A stretch of 64,000 nucleotides of DNA from Planctomycetota bacterium (lineage in GTDB: Bacteria > Planctomycetota > B15-G4 > SIAN01). Shown here one piece after another: positions 44,314 through 53,607 of this stretch; positions within the stretch are counted from its first letter, which is position 1, and each line of letters opens with the position of its first letter. Location of the stretch: contig JANNXA010000010.1 of NCBI GenBank assembly GCA_031409275.1, forward strand, positions 196,040 through 260,039. The letters are read 5' to 3'. The notes under the pieces were generated by a model that saw only the letters and a list, made by a program, of their open reading frames with translations, was not told the DNA's origin and made no database searches. The translations under genes and the position numbers were made by a program.

Positions 44314-44370
44314 GGCGGGCGCGGACAATAGCCCGCCGCGGGGCCACGCGGGTCTCAGGGGTACTCCCCC

Positions 44371-44399
44371 GCAAGTCCGCGGCGCGACCCCGCCGATGA
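44371..44399 (+). promoter_or_regulatory. Putative sigma28-like promoter
   Basis: GCAAG-N16-GCCGATGA, 27 nt before the GT2 start. Confidence 0.45.
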
Positions 44400-44426
44400 A
44401 GCGTCGGGAAACCAGGAAGGGGATCC

Positions 44427-45698
44427 ATGGACCTCTCGGTCATCGTTCCGACCGCCGATCGCCCCGATTCGCTGCGGCGCCTGCTCGAGGGGCTCGCGGC
44501 CCAGTCGTTGGCGCGCGAGAAGTTCGAAGTCGTGCTGGCGGACGACGGCAGCACGCCGCCGGTGGCGGCGATGGCAGCGTCGTTTCGCGACCGGCTCGAC
44601 CTGCGCTACCTCTGGCAGGAGCGCAGCGGTCCCGGCGTCGCTCGCAATCGCGCCATCGCTCTCGCGCGCGGCAAGCTGCTGCTCATCCTGAACGACGACG
44701 CCGGCCCGCCACGCGACCTGCTGGCGCGCCACCTCGCCGCGCACGCCACCGCCCCCGAACCGCGCGTCTACCTCGGCGGCTTCGACCTCGCGCCCGACTG
44801 CATCACTCCCGTCGCCCGCGGGTTGCTCGAGCTCGGACTGCCGTTCCCGTTCCACCAGATGCGCCGTGACGCGCCCAACCCGGGCCGCTTCTTCTGGACC
44901 TGCAACTTGAGCGTGCGCCGAGACGTCGTGCTCGATGCCGGCGGCTTCGACGAGGCGTTTCGCCATCCGGTGTGCGAAGACGTCGAGCTCGGCTACCGAC
45001 TCGAAAAGCGCGGCGTCCTGGTCCACTGGCTGACCGGCGCACCCTGCCTGCACCACCATCGGCTCACCGCCGGCTGGTTCTGGCGCAGGCAGATCGAACT
45101 TGGCCGCGCCATCGTCCAGATGTGGCGCAAGCACGGCGATCCCGAGCTGATGCCGTGGCTCTCAGCGACGCAGAACGATGCGCGGCTGCTCGAAGTGACC
45201 GCGAAGCGACTCGTGAGCAATGCCGGCCGGAGCTTCATCGAGCTGGCCGAGGAACTCGATGGCACGACTCGGCCGCCGCCGCCAGCGAATGGCTCGCTCG
45301 CCCCCGAGATGCGTCGGATCGACGACGACGCGCTGCGCGTCGGGCTGTTGGGCGGACTCGCCGGCTGGAGTTCCGTCGAGTGCCTTCGGTGGCTCGATTC
45401 GCTGCCTTCCTTGACGTCGCTGGTGGCGCCGCGCGGTGCCGATCCCTCGACCTGCCAGCGAGCGTTGCAGCTCGCCGCCGCCCCCGTCGAGCTCGTCGAC
45501 GACGTTTCGCAGGCGCGCGGCGAGTGGATCTGCTTCCTCGAGCCCGGCTTCGCCGGTACTCCGAGCTGGCTCCAGAACGTTCGCGCACAGCCGCTCGATG
45601 ACTCGAAGGCGACGGCCGTCGCGGGCGCCTACCGAATCGAGGCGCGCCGCGCAGTCGAGCTCCGATCGCACGATTCGACGAGCGTCGTCAGACGCTGA
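44427..45698 (+). CDS. Glycosyltransferase family 2
   Basis: LSVIVPT, VVLADDGS, GPGVARN, ILNDD, TCNLSV, GGFDEAF, CEDVELGYRL. Confidence 0.9.
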   Translation: MDLSVIVPTADRPDSLRRLLEGLAAQSLAREKFEVVLADDGSTPPVAAMAASFRDRLDLRYLWQERSGPGVARNRAIALARGKLLLILNDDAGPPRDLLARHLAAHATAPEPRVYLGGFDLAPDCITPVARGLLELGLPFPFHQMRRDAPNPGRFFWTCNLSVRRDVVLDAGGFDEAFRHPVCEDVELGYRLEKRGVLVHWLTGAPCLHHHRLTAGWFWRRQIELGRAIVQMWRKHGDPELMPWLSATQNDARLLEVTAKRLVSNAGRSFIELAEELDGTTRPPPPANGSLAPEMRRIDDDALRVGLLGGLAGWSSVECLRWLDSLPSLTSLVAPRGADPSTCQRALQLAAAPVELVDDVSQARGEWICFLEPGFAGTPSWLQNVRAQPLDDSKATAVAGAYRIEARRAVELRSHDSTSVVRR

Positions 45699-48036
45699 GC
45701 TCGTCCCAGACCGGAACGGCGCGCACGCGACGGCCTTCGGTCGACGCCGGCAGGCGCATCGCTGGCGGCGCCACGACCGCGGCGCCGGCGATTGCGGCGG
45801 TCGGCAGCAGCGCGAGCAGATCGTCGACCCCGCGCACTCCGGGCGCACCGGCCCGCGTGAAGCAGCGCCGCCGTTCCCCTGTTTCGCACGCCTCGGTGAG
45901 CAGCGCCGCCGTCACCGCACGACCGAGCCGCGGCCATTCCTCGGCCTTGATCGGCTCGGCGACGACCAGCACCTCGACGTCGACGTCGTGCGGCAGCACC
46001 CGCGAACTCGCCGCTTGCAGGCGCGTCAACGCAGCCTCGAGCGGACCGTCACTGGTCGCTTCGTGGCGCAGGCACAGGCACGGACGCAGCGCTGCAAGGC
46101 GGGCGTCCGCGACGATGCCGAGCAGCGAGGCGAGCTCGGCGTCGTCTTCCCATCGCGGCCATGCAAGCAGCTTGCAGGCGCGCGGCGTGGCCAGCGGCCA
46201 CGGCTTCGCGGTGCGATCGCTCCAGCCGCGCAGCTCCTCGAAGCTGCGCGCTCCGAGGTCCGCGAGCCCGTCCGCAAAACCCTCGTTCCACCAGTGGGCA
46301 TTCAGTCCTTTCAGCAGCCGCGCGAGCTGGATCTGAACGTCGTTCGCCGCGGCGAGCCCTTTCGTCCCCGCGGCCTCGAGCGCTGCGACATCGACCGCGG
46401 CGAGGCGGCGCGCTCGATCGATCGCCGACGGCAGGTCCACCGTCACGCGTGCGATCCGATTCGCCAGTTCCTTCACGTCGAGCGCCGCGGCGCCGCGCCA
46501 GATCGGATGGTCGAGGGTCGCCGGATGCTTGGCGAAGAGGTGGACGAAGGCGCGCGCCACCATGCGCTGCCGCTTGGCGACATCGTCGAACGAAAGCACG
46601 TGGCGATGCCAGGCGCGCGCCGTCGGCTCGAAGACGACCGGCAGCCCCTGCGCCGCCAGGCGGACGCCGAGATCGGTGTCTTCGCAGCCGTAGCGGCGAA
46701 ACGCCGCATCGAAGGCGCCGGCGGCCACCACCGCTTCGCGCGCCACGCTGATGTTGCAGCCCCAGAACTTCATCCAATCGTGCTCGACGCCTGCAGCGAG
46801 CCCGTGGTAGCCGAAGATCAGATCGCTGCGTTCGAGCACGCGCATCAGCGCTTGGGTCAGCTGTTCGGGCGGCTGCTCGAACGAGCCGAGGATCGCCGCA
46901 CGTCGCGCGCCGCGGGCGCGGTGCGCCGCGAGATGACGCTCGATCAGGTCAGGGAACGCGATCGTGTCGTCGTTCACCAGGAGCACGTACTCGCCGCGCG
47001 CCATCGCCACCGCGGTGCTGCGCGCGGCCGCGAGGCCGACGTTGGTGGCGCGCGTCAGGAGCTGCAGCGGCGTGCGCAGCGACAGCGCGCGCACCGCGTC
47101 GCCGCAGCCGTCGTCGTCGCCGTCGATCACGACCACCAGCTCGACCTGCTCCGGCGCAACCGACTGAGCATCGAACGCGCGCAGGCATTCGAGCAGCGTC
47201 TCCTTGCGCCGATAGCTGCAGATCAGGACCGAGAGCTCAGGAGTCGGGCCCGGGATCGTTGCGCTCGCCGCGCTCGGCGCGCTGACCGAAATGGGTGCCA
47301 ACGGCGCGTTGGCGCGGTGACCCGCGAGCTCGCACAGTTCGCCGTACATCGCGTGCGACGCCGCGTCCGCCGGCCGCGCTGCGCGCGAACGCGACAGCTC
47401 GCCGGTCGGGAACGCCGTGTCGACCGGAGCGCCCAGGAAGTCGCCCAGCCGCGCGAGGCCATCGCCCGCCACGACCTGGTCGTAGTGGAGGAAGAGCCAA
47501 TCGCCCTGATGGCGATGGCGCGTGAGGATCTGCTGGTAGTGCGCCCGCCAGATCGCGAGAGCGCGCGCTTCATCGCAATCGACGTCGCGCAGGTAGTCGG
47601 TGCCGCGGCACTCCTTCACGATGCTCGCCGCGGTCACCGCCGGCTCGCGAAAGACGCAGACGAACTTCGCCGCACCGATCCACGGCCGCCACGCTGGCAG
47701 CGTGTAGGAGAAGCGCGGATCCTTGAAGCACCATGGCGAGCGCGCCAGCAACGCGCTCAGGCGCTGCGCGATCGGCGCCGTCACGTGGAGCGGCACGCTC
47801 TGGTCGAGCTGCGCGAGCCAGAGCTGATTGGGCCCGAGCTTCTGCGTCGCCGGAACGTGGCGCGCGAGGATCGCCTCGTTGACGCCGTTCACCTCCGGGT
47901 CCTCGAAGAAGCCGCGCGGGTTGGAGTCGCGCGCGGGATAGAGACGCTCGCCCATGAAGTAGCCGGCCTGCCGCAGCGATCCGGCGACCATGCTGGTTCC
48001 GCTGCGACCCGAACCGAGGATGAAGAGGTTGAACAT
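45688..48036 (-). CDS. Sulfotransferase-glycosyltransferase family 2 fusion
   Basis: N-terminal PAPS-binding motifs ILGSGRSGTS, NPRGFFED, KDPRFSYTLPAW, VFREPAVTAASI; central GT2 domain (SVLICSY, VIDGD, LVNDD, GCEDTDLGVRL); extra C-terminal domain. Confidence 0.88.
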   Translation of the reverse strand: MFNLFILGSGRSGTSMVAGSLRQAGYFMGERLYPARDSNPRGFFEDPEVNGVNEAILARHVPATQKLGPNQLWLAQLDQSVPLHVTAPIAQRLSALLARSPWCFKDPRFSYTLPAWRPWIGAAKFVCVFREPAVTAASIVKECRGTDYLRDVDCDEARALAIWRAHYQQILTRHRHQGDWLFLHYDQVVAGDGLARLGDFLGAPVDTAFPTGELSRSRAARPADAASHAMYGELCELAGHRANAPLAPISVSAPSAASATIPGPTPELSVLICSYRRKETLLECLRAFDAQSVAPEQVELVVVIDGDDDGCGDAVRALSLRTPLQLLTRATNVGLAAARSTAVAMARGEYVLLVNDDTIAFPDLIERHLAAHRARGARRAAILGSFEQPPEQLTQALMRVLERSDLIFGYHGLAAGVEHDWMKFWGCNISVAREAVVAAGAFDAAFRRYGCEDTDLGVRLAAQGLPVVFEPTARAWHRHVLSFDDVAKRQRMVARAFVHLFAKHPATLDHPIWRGAAALDVKELANRIARVTVDLPSAIDRARRLAAVDVAALEAAGTKGLAAANDVQIQLARLLKGLNAHWWNEGFADGLADLGARSFEELRGWSDRTAKPWPLATPRACKLLAWPRWEDDAELASLLGIVADARLAALRPCLCLRHEATSDGPLEAALTRLQAASSRVLPHDVDVEVLVVAEPIKAEEWPRLGRAVTAALLTEACETGERRRCFTRAGAPGVRGVDDLLALLPTAAIAGAAVVAPPAMRLPASTEGRRVRAVPVWDELSV

Positions 48037-48096
48037 CGCGCGCTCCGGCCGCCGCTCCGGAACGAGCCGGAACGGGAACTTGTTTCCCGTCCGTCG

Positions 48097-48124
48097 TCAT
48101 CGACGCGATCGGCGGAGGGCTTGA
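48097..48124 (-). promoter_or_regulatory. Putative sigma28-like promoter
   Basis: TCAAG-N15-GTCGATGA, 60 nt before the sulfotransferase-GT2 start. Confidence 0.45.
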
Positions 48125-48143
48125 GCGGGAGGCGGAAAGCGCG

Positions 48144-49483
48144 TCACTCCTGCCGGGCCACCACGACGTCGAGCGGAAAGGCCCAAGCGCGCAAGCGCTG
48201 CCGAGGAAGACGCCGCTGACGGTCGCCTCCAATTCCCCCGCCGCGTGCAGATCGCCAGCGAGGTCGCCGCGCACGTGCAACTTCGATGCAGCGCGAAGCT
48301 GCAGCGAGCCGACCGTCATGAGGCCGGCGCGCAGCTCGACCTCACGCGCCCGTTCGACTTCGAGCGGCGATGCCAGCGGCTCCACCACCGCGAGCCGATC
48401 CGCGGAGAGCGCCGCGCGCGGCCAACGACCGTCCACTTCGCGCCAGCCCTCCACGATGCGGTCGACCGCCGGCCCCGCCGCGCGGCGCGCGCTGTGGAGG
48501 AAGGTCGCCCGCGAATAGAGCAGCAGGTCGAGCTGCCGCGACCAGTCGGCCCGCGCCGGCTCGAGCCCCATCGCCGCGCACCACTGCGGCCGCCGCAACG
48601 GATGGTCGGCCGGCAACGCACGGAAGTCGATCGCGCCGACGCGTGCGCCGGCGGCCTCGAGCGCCGCCTCGATCGACCCGGGCGCTGGGCCTTGGAGAGC
48701 GTAGGAGACACCACGAGGCAAACCGGTCTCGCCGCGCCACGATGTGCAGCCGACGACGCGGACCGCGGCGCCGAAACGGCGACGAGCGAGCTCCGCGAGC
48801 GTGTCAATCCCGGCGAAACGCCGATCGGTCGCTCCCTCCTCGACCGCGCTTTGCGACTCGAGCGTGCCCGGCTCCGAGAGGCCGTGGAAGCCTCCGGTCC
48901 AGACGATCACCTTGGCGAGCGGATCAACATGCTCGAGGTACCAGACGAGGGAGTTCGCCATGAACTCGTCGCGCGGATTGGTGAGGAGGAGCGGCTGACG
49001 AGGATCAAGGGAGTCGGAGGCGCCCGCGTACCACCCTCCTTGCGCCGCGAGTCCCATCTGATGGAGCGTGAACTCCTGGCGGCAGGCTTCGATTTCTTCG
49101 CGATCGGCGGCGCGTTTCGCCGCGGTTGCATCGCCCCCGCTCTGGTCGAGCCGCGCGACCATCGACTCGATCGCCGAGATCGACGCGCCGCGATCCGGCA
49201 ACGCCTCCGCGATTCGCCGCAGGAACGGGCCAAGCTCCTCTTCGATCGCAACCGCGCCCGCGTCATCGGTACGTCCGATCGCACCGCACTTGCAGTTGAG
49301 CCCGAAAAGGTCGAGAGGCCGATCGCTGCGCTCGGTCGCGACAACGTAGTCGAACAGCTGATCGAGCGCTGAAGCCTGCGACCAAAGAGGCGCGATGCCG
49401 TGACGACGGGCAAGATCGGCGCCGCTCGTCAGCCGCGGCCGCGCGTGCCGGCGGAGCCACCGCTCACAAATCGGCGCTTCCAT
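48144..49483 (-). pseudogene. Erythromycin esterase (EreA/ChaN-fold)-like gene, N-terminally truncated, probable 3' frameshift
   Basis: LWSQAS...LFDYV...PLDLFG, RDEFMANSLVWYL...KVIVWTGGFH, GSIEAAL, DWSRQLDLLL resemble Ere. The GExxHG motif is absent. The frame as read continues to 47570, 467 nt into the next same-strand gene; an out-of-frame TGA lies at 48144-48146. Confidence 0.5.
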
Positions 49484-49850
49484 CGACCGGTGCTGCAAGG
49501 AGAACCGCACCGCACACGAACCAGCTCGCGATCCAGGGTGCGCCATCGCCGATTGCGGCGATCACCGGCCCCGCGCCTGGCATCCAGCGCGAGACTCCGG
49601 CGCCCGGAGCGAGACTCGCAAGAACGAGAAGCGCGGCGCTCGTCACAGCGACCAGCGCAAGCGCCACTCTCCGCGTCGGCCGGCGCGCGAACAGCATCAC
49701 GAGGCAAGATTCCAACACCGCGGCGGCGATCGCGTCGCGGGCTCGAGGAATCTCGAACAGACGCGAAGCCGCACTGCCAGCCAGCAGGAGCGCGAGCCCA
49801 ACACAAGCGACGTCACGCTCGGACACCCTCGTACCACTCGTGGTTCCCAT
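49464..49850 (-). CDS. Small multi-pass membrane protein (MauE/DoxX-like topology)
   Basis: 128 aa with about four hydrophobic segments; starts 2 nt after the upstream stop; AAAVLESCLVML resembles DoxX-type helices, but there is no CGC motif. Confidence 0.5.
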   Translation of the reverse strand: MGTTSGTRVSERDVACVGLALLLAGSAASRLFEIPRARDAIAAAVLESCLVMLFARRPTRRVALALVAVTSAALLVLASLAPGAGVSRWMPGAGPVIAAIGDGAPWIASWFVCGAVLLAAPVDGSADL

Positions 49851-49852
49851 GG

Positions 49853-52390
49853 TCAGTTTCCCTCCAAGCTCGAGTGATGACCAACCCGTGCGAGGAAGTC
49901 GGCAGGGTCGAGCAAGAACATGTCGGAATGCTCCGAAGTGTGGCACGCCGCGCACCGTTCAAGCCCGGGCTCGCCCACGATGGCATCCTGATCACCACCC
50001 TTGGCGACGTGTTGGCCTCCCGGACCATGACACACCTCGCAACCCACGTCGCGCAGCGCCGGATCCGGGCGCTCGAACTCGTAGCCGCTCGGCTGATCAA
50101 AGCCGACGACGTGGCATGCGACGCAGTTGCGCACCCCCTGCCGCTGCGCGCGCTCCAGAGTCTTCCATGCCGTGGCGTGCGGAGAGGCCGACCAGTCCGC
50201 GTGCTCGGCGGCATGGCAGGTCACGCACTTCGCGCTACCGACATACGCATTGCCGGCGACCGCCCGCGGTTCGACGAAGCGAAGCTCAACCGGTCCGTCG
50301 TCCTGCTCGAGGACCTTCCGAGCTCGCTCGCGGAAACGCGCCCGCGCCGGCGCGTCGTGCGCCGAGCCGCGCAGGTCGACCTCGGCGACGGACACTCGAA
50401 TCCCAGGTCGCCATTCGACCCGCTTGACGAAGTAGGCTCCGAGCGGCGCGAAGGCGATCGGCTGCCCGCCAACCGCACCGTCGACCTGATCGCGGACGAT
50501 GCGATCTTCTGCGATGCGAGGGAGCAGTCCGTCACTCGAACAGAACAGCACCGGCCGCCCGGCAGCGGCTGCGATTCGCGCGGCTTCGGCGGGATCGATC
50601 GCCCCGGCGACGATCAGGGCAGCATCCAAGGGAGCGGCAGCGATCTGCGCAACCACGGCGTCGACCGGATCCCGGATCTCGAACATCGCGTCGATCAGCT
50701 CCGCAGTCGCGCGACCGGCATGACGAGCCCTCTCTCGCGTAACGCCAATGATGCGGCAGCGGCCGGCGTTGCCAACGACTTCGGTGAATGGGCGCAGTTG
50801 CATACGCCCGACTCGCACGACGACGTTGCACGCGACGAATTGCGCGACGGCGATGTCCGAGCCTGCGAGATCGCCCGCCGCGAGCGACTCGAGCTCTCGC
50901 ACTCCAGGTACCCAAGCCGCCACCGCGAGCTCGGTAGCGGACTGAAGCAGCAGCTCGTTCGCCTCGCGTCGGTAACCGGAACGAGTCGGCACACCGAGCA
51001 CCTCTCCCAGCAACAACCGGATCTCATCCGCCGCGGGCGGCACCGCCCACCGCGTGTAGAGATCGATGAATCCGCCGCCCTGGGACGCCTTGCAACCGCA
51101 GCTTTCCAGGTAACCGCCGTGATCGTTGGCGAGCTCGACCGTCCACGTCGGTGCGATCGGCGACGCCGCATCCGACCGCGCGTCCCCTGCCACCTGGGGC
51201 GCAGGGACGACCGTCGAACGCATGCGAATCGCGTCGATCGCCGCCGCAACGCTCGCTGCCGGGTCCGCCCAAAGCCGGACATCGTTCGCGGCTGCGCGGT
51301 CAGCCACCCATCGCGACACCTCACGTGCGACGGCTTCGGGGTCCCACTGGATCTCCGCCGCGAGCGACGCACGCAACCGTGCGAGCACGTGCGGCGCCAG
51401 GAGTTCAATCACCCGTTCCTGCTCGATGACCCCCGTCACTTCCTGACAAGCGAGGAACGCCTCCAGGTCCCCGACTCTCGCCAGTCGATGGCGCATCCGC
51501 TCCTCCGCGAGCGGACCGGCGAACACCATGGCCCCGCCGAATAGCGCGTGCTGCAGCAAATCGGCGGCGGCGGCAGTGCAGGCCAGCGTCGCAGGTGCGC
51601 TCGCCGACGCCCCTCCTGCGACCAATCGGTCGAGGACCGCCCGTGCGGCCAGCGAGAAACCGACCGTCGACGAAGCATCTGCGAAAGGTCCGATGAGGAG
51701 GTTGGAGAAGACGTGCGGCGCGGCCTCCTCATCACCGAACTGCCCGCGTCGCCGTACAACCCAGTAATCCGGCGCCTTGTCCCCGTCGCCGCCGACGAGG
51801 TCGCGATCAACCGCGGCAAGGCGATCGAGCCTCGCGACCACCTGCGACGCCAGATCGACGTCGTCATGCTCCGGCGCGACCACCCAGGCGGAATGGTTGG
51901 CCGTACCGATGATCGACCAAGCGGGGCCCGCGAAGGCGACCGTCCTCCCATCGAACGCGAGCGGCAGATCTCGCGTGGCAACTGAGTCACTAGCCTGCGC
52001 AAACGCGACGGTTCGTCGATCAAGCGCCGTCGGCACCATGCGAGCGTCGAGGGTGAATCCGCGCCCGCAGCGACGCGCCCCCAACGACTCCGCCAGCTTC
52101 CGTGGGATCACGGTCTGCTGACCATCGAAGAGAGTTGCCGCCCCGCTCGGCAGGAGCTCGGCGTGCCGGCTTCGCGCGACTTGCTCGAGTCCTCGCGGCA
52201 AGGCGAACGGAGCCGTCCCACCAGCCTCGAACTTTGCCGTGAGGACCAGCATGTCGTCGACGACTTCGTACGAGCATCTCGCCGGCAACAACGGCTCACG
52301 ATTGCGCCAAGCCGCCACGGGCGCACACGCCATCCCGACGAGTGCCGCCACTCGCGCGAGTCGTGGAATGTCACGTTTCGATCTGCCCAC
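49853..52390 (-). CDS. Exported multidomain protein: unknown N-terminus, UshA/5'-nucleotidase-like domain, tetraheme cytochrome c554-like domain
   Basis: NDHGGYLESCGCKASQGGG; YVGSAKCVTCH, CVACH, CEVCHGPGGQH, CAACH (four CxxCH); GTG start after GGAG. Confidence 0.8.
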   Translation of the reverse strand: MGRSKRDIPRLARVAALVGMACAPVAAWRNREPLLPARCSYEVVDDMLVLTAKFEAGGTAPFALPRGLEQVARSRHAELLPSGAATLFDGQQTVIPRKLAESLGARRCGRGFTLDARMVPTALDRRTVAFAQASDSVATRDLPLAFDGRTVAFAGPAWSIIGTANHSAWVVAPEHDDVDLASQVVARLDRLAAVDRDLVGGDGDKAPDYWVVRRRGQFGDEEAAPHVFSNLLIGPFADASSTVGFSLAARAVLDRLVAGGASASAPATLACTAAAADLLQHALFGGAMVFAGPLAEERMRHRLARVGDLEAFLACQEVTGVIEQERVIELLAPHVLARLRASLAAEIQWDPEAVAREVSRWVADRAAANDVRLWADPAASVAAAIDAIRMRSTVVPAPQVAGDARSDAASPIAPTWTVELANDHGGYLESCGCKASQGGGFIDLYTRWAVPPAADEIRLLLGEVLGVPTRSGYRREANELLLQSATELAVAAWVPGVRELESLAAGDLAGSDIAVAQFVACNVVVRVGRMQLRPFTEVVGNAGRCRIIGVTRERARHAGRATAELIDAMFEIRDPVDAVVAQIAAAPLDAALIVAGAIDPAEAARIAAAAGRPVLFCSSDGLLPRIAEDRIVRDQVDGAVGGQPIAFAPLGAYFVKRVEWRPGIRVSVAEVDLRGSAHDAPARARFRERARKVLEQDDGPVELRFVEPRAVAGNAYVGSAKCVTCHAAEHADWSASPHATAWKTLERAQRQGVRNCVACHVVGFDQPSGYEFERPDPALRDVGCEVCHGPGGQHVAKGGDQDAIVGEPGLERCAACHTSEHSDMFLLDPADFLARVGHHSSLEGN

Positions 52391-52449
52391 GGAGGACTCC
52401 AATCGCACCGGCTTCGACTGTCACGACCGGCTCAATGACGCATCTCAAA

Positions 52450-52496
52450 CCGAGCGCTCCCCGGGTCGCGGAGCAACCGCAACCCGGGCCGCTCGG
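52450..52496 (-). terminator. Long GC hairpin directly downstream of the peptide gene (attenuator or mRNA stabiliser)
   Basis: Nested stems CCGAGCG/CGCTCGG, CCCGGGT/ACCCGGG and GCGG/CCGC. Confidence 0.6.
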
Positions 52497-52502
52497 GACG
52501 CT

Positions 52503-52799
52503 TCACGAATCGAAGCAACCGACCTGCTTGATCTTGTCGGGACGAATCGTCGGGTGGCCATTGGCATCCCAGCAGTTCTGTGCGCACTGCTGCTGCTCGA
52601 CCAAGATGCAGATACCGTTGCCCATGTTGCATTCCCAACCGCGCGTAAGCGGACCGGAGCACATCGAGAGCGCAACCTTCGGTGAGGCAGTCGTGTGGTC
52701 GTATGGGAACGTCGGCGAGTACTGAGCAACCGAGATCCCCACCAGACTCAGCACTGCAAGCCCGACTGCGGCCACGGATCGGACATGTCGCCTCGTCAT
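52503..52799 (-). CDS. Small secreted six-cysteine peptide (98 aa precursor)
   Basis: GAGGAG RBS 7 nt upstream; signal peptide MTRRHVRSVAAVGLAVLSLVGISVA; mature region QYSPTF...GCFDS with six Cys; composition unlike the Arg/Ala-rich shadow ORFs. Confidence 0.8.
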   Translation of the reverse strand: MTRRHVRSVAAVGLAVLSLVGISVAQYSPTFPYDHTTASPKVALSMCSGPLTRGWECNMGNGICILVEQQQCAQNCWDANGHPTIRPDKIKQVGCFDS

Positions 52800-52986
52800 C
52801 TTCGATCTCCTCGATGCGGCGTCGGCGTCAGAGCCCGATGCCGCAGGAACACGACTCGCGATGCGACCCGACTCCGGGCGCTTCGCGAGACCGCGTCATC
52901 AGTGTTCGCCGACCTGCATGTCTGTCTTGCGCAAGTTGTGACGAACCGGTCCGCCCGCGCGCTACCATCCGCCCGCGCCCCCACCG

Positions 52987-53607
52987 ATGAACGCCTCCAA
53001 CTCCCACACCGACGACGCTTCACGCGAGCCGACCGCGTTCGACGAGCTCGAACTCGTGCGTCGCGCCGTCGCTGGCGATCCGACGGCTCGCGCCGCGCTC
53101 GCGCCCTACTTCGCGAAGGTGCCGCGCATCGTGGCGGCGCTCTGCCGGCAAAGCGGCACGCGCGTCGCGCCGCAGGACCAGGACGACGTGGTGCAGGACT
53201 GCCTCGCGCTCCTCTGGCGCAAGCTCCCCGACTTCGCGGGTCGCGCGCGCCTCACCACCTGGCTCTTCCGCGTCGTCTCGCTCGAGCTCAAGAACGCGTT
53301 GCGCCGTGTCGCCAAGCGGAAAAGAAGCGCCGCCCCCGCGGACGCTCACGAGCGGGAAGAACCCTCCAGCAGCGCCGACGATCCGAGCGGCCGTCTCGGC
53401 ACCCTCGCCGCCGAGGAGCTACTCGCCAGGCTCGAGCCGACACCAATGGAGGTGGTGCGGAGGCGCCACTGGGAGGAGCAGACGTTCGAGGAGATCGCGG
53501 CAGAGCTCGGACTCAAGGTGAGCCAGGCGAAGAGCCTCTACTACCGGGCGCTGCAGCGACTGCACGGCTTCCTGACCGAGCCGGGCGCGGGGGGTACTCG
53601 CGGATGA
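52987..53607 (+). CDS. ECF sigma-70 factor
   Basis: ELVRRAVAGD, DQDDVVQD, FAGRARLTTWLFRV, region 4 TFEEIAAELG...KSLYYRAL. Confidence 0.92.
   Translation: MNASNSHTDDASREPTAFDELELVRRAVAGDPTARAALAPYFAKVPRIVAALCRQSGTRVAPQDQDDVVQDCLALLWRKLPDFAGRARLTTWLFRVVSLELKNALRRVAKRKRSAAPADAHEREEPSSSADDPSGRLGTLAAEELLARLEPTPMEVVRRRHWEEQTFEEIAAELGLKVSQAKSLYYRALQRLHGFLTEPGAGGTRG

Noticed and set aside
39859..44331. 1490-aa plus-strand ORF, and similar long ORFs such as 14146-16692, 28795-31101, 45436-48219 and 53987-56686
   Set aside because: Antisense to well-supported genes; long open shadows are expected at this GC content
51080..51120. Selenocysteine recoding in the UshA-like CGC motif
   Set aside because: Both positions are TGC Cys codons; no in-frame TGA
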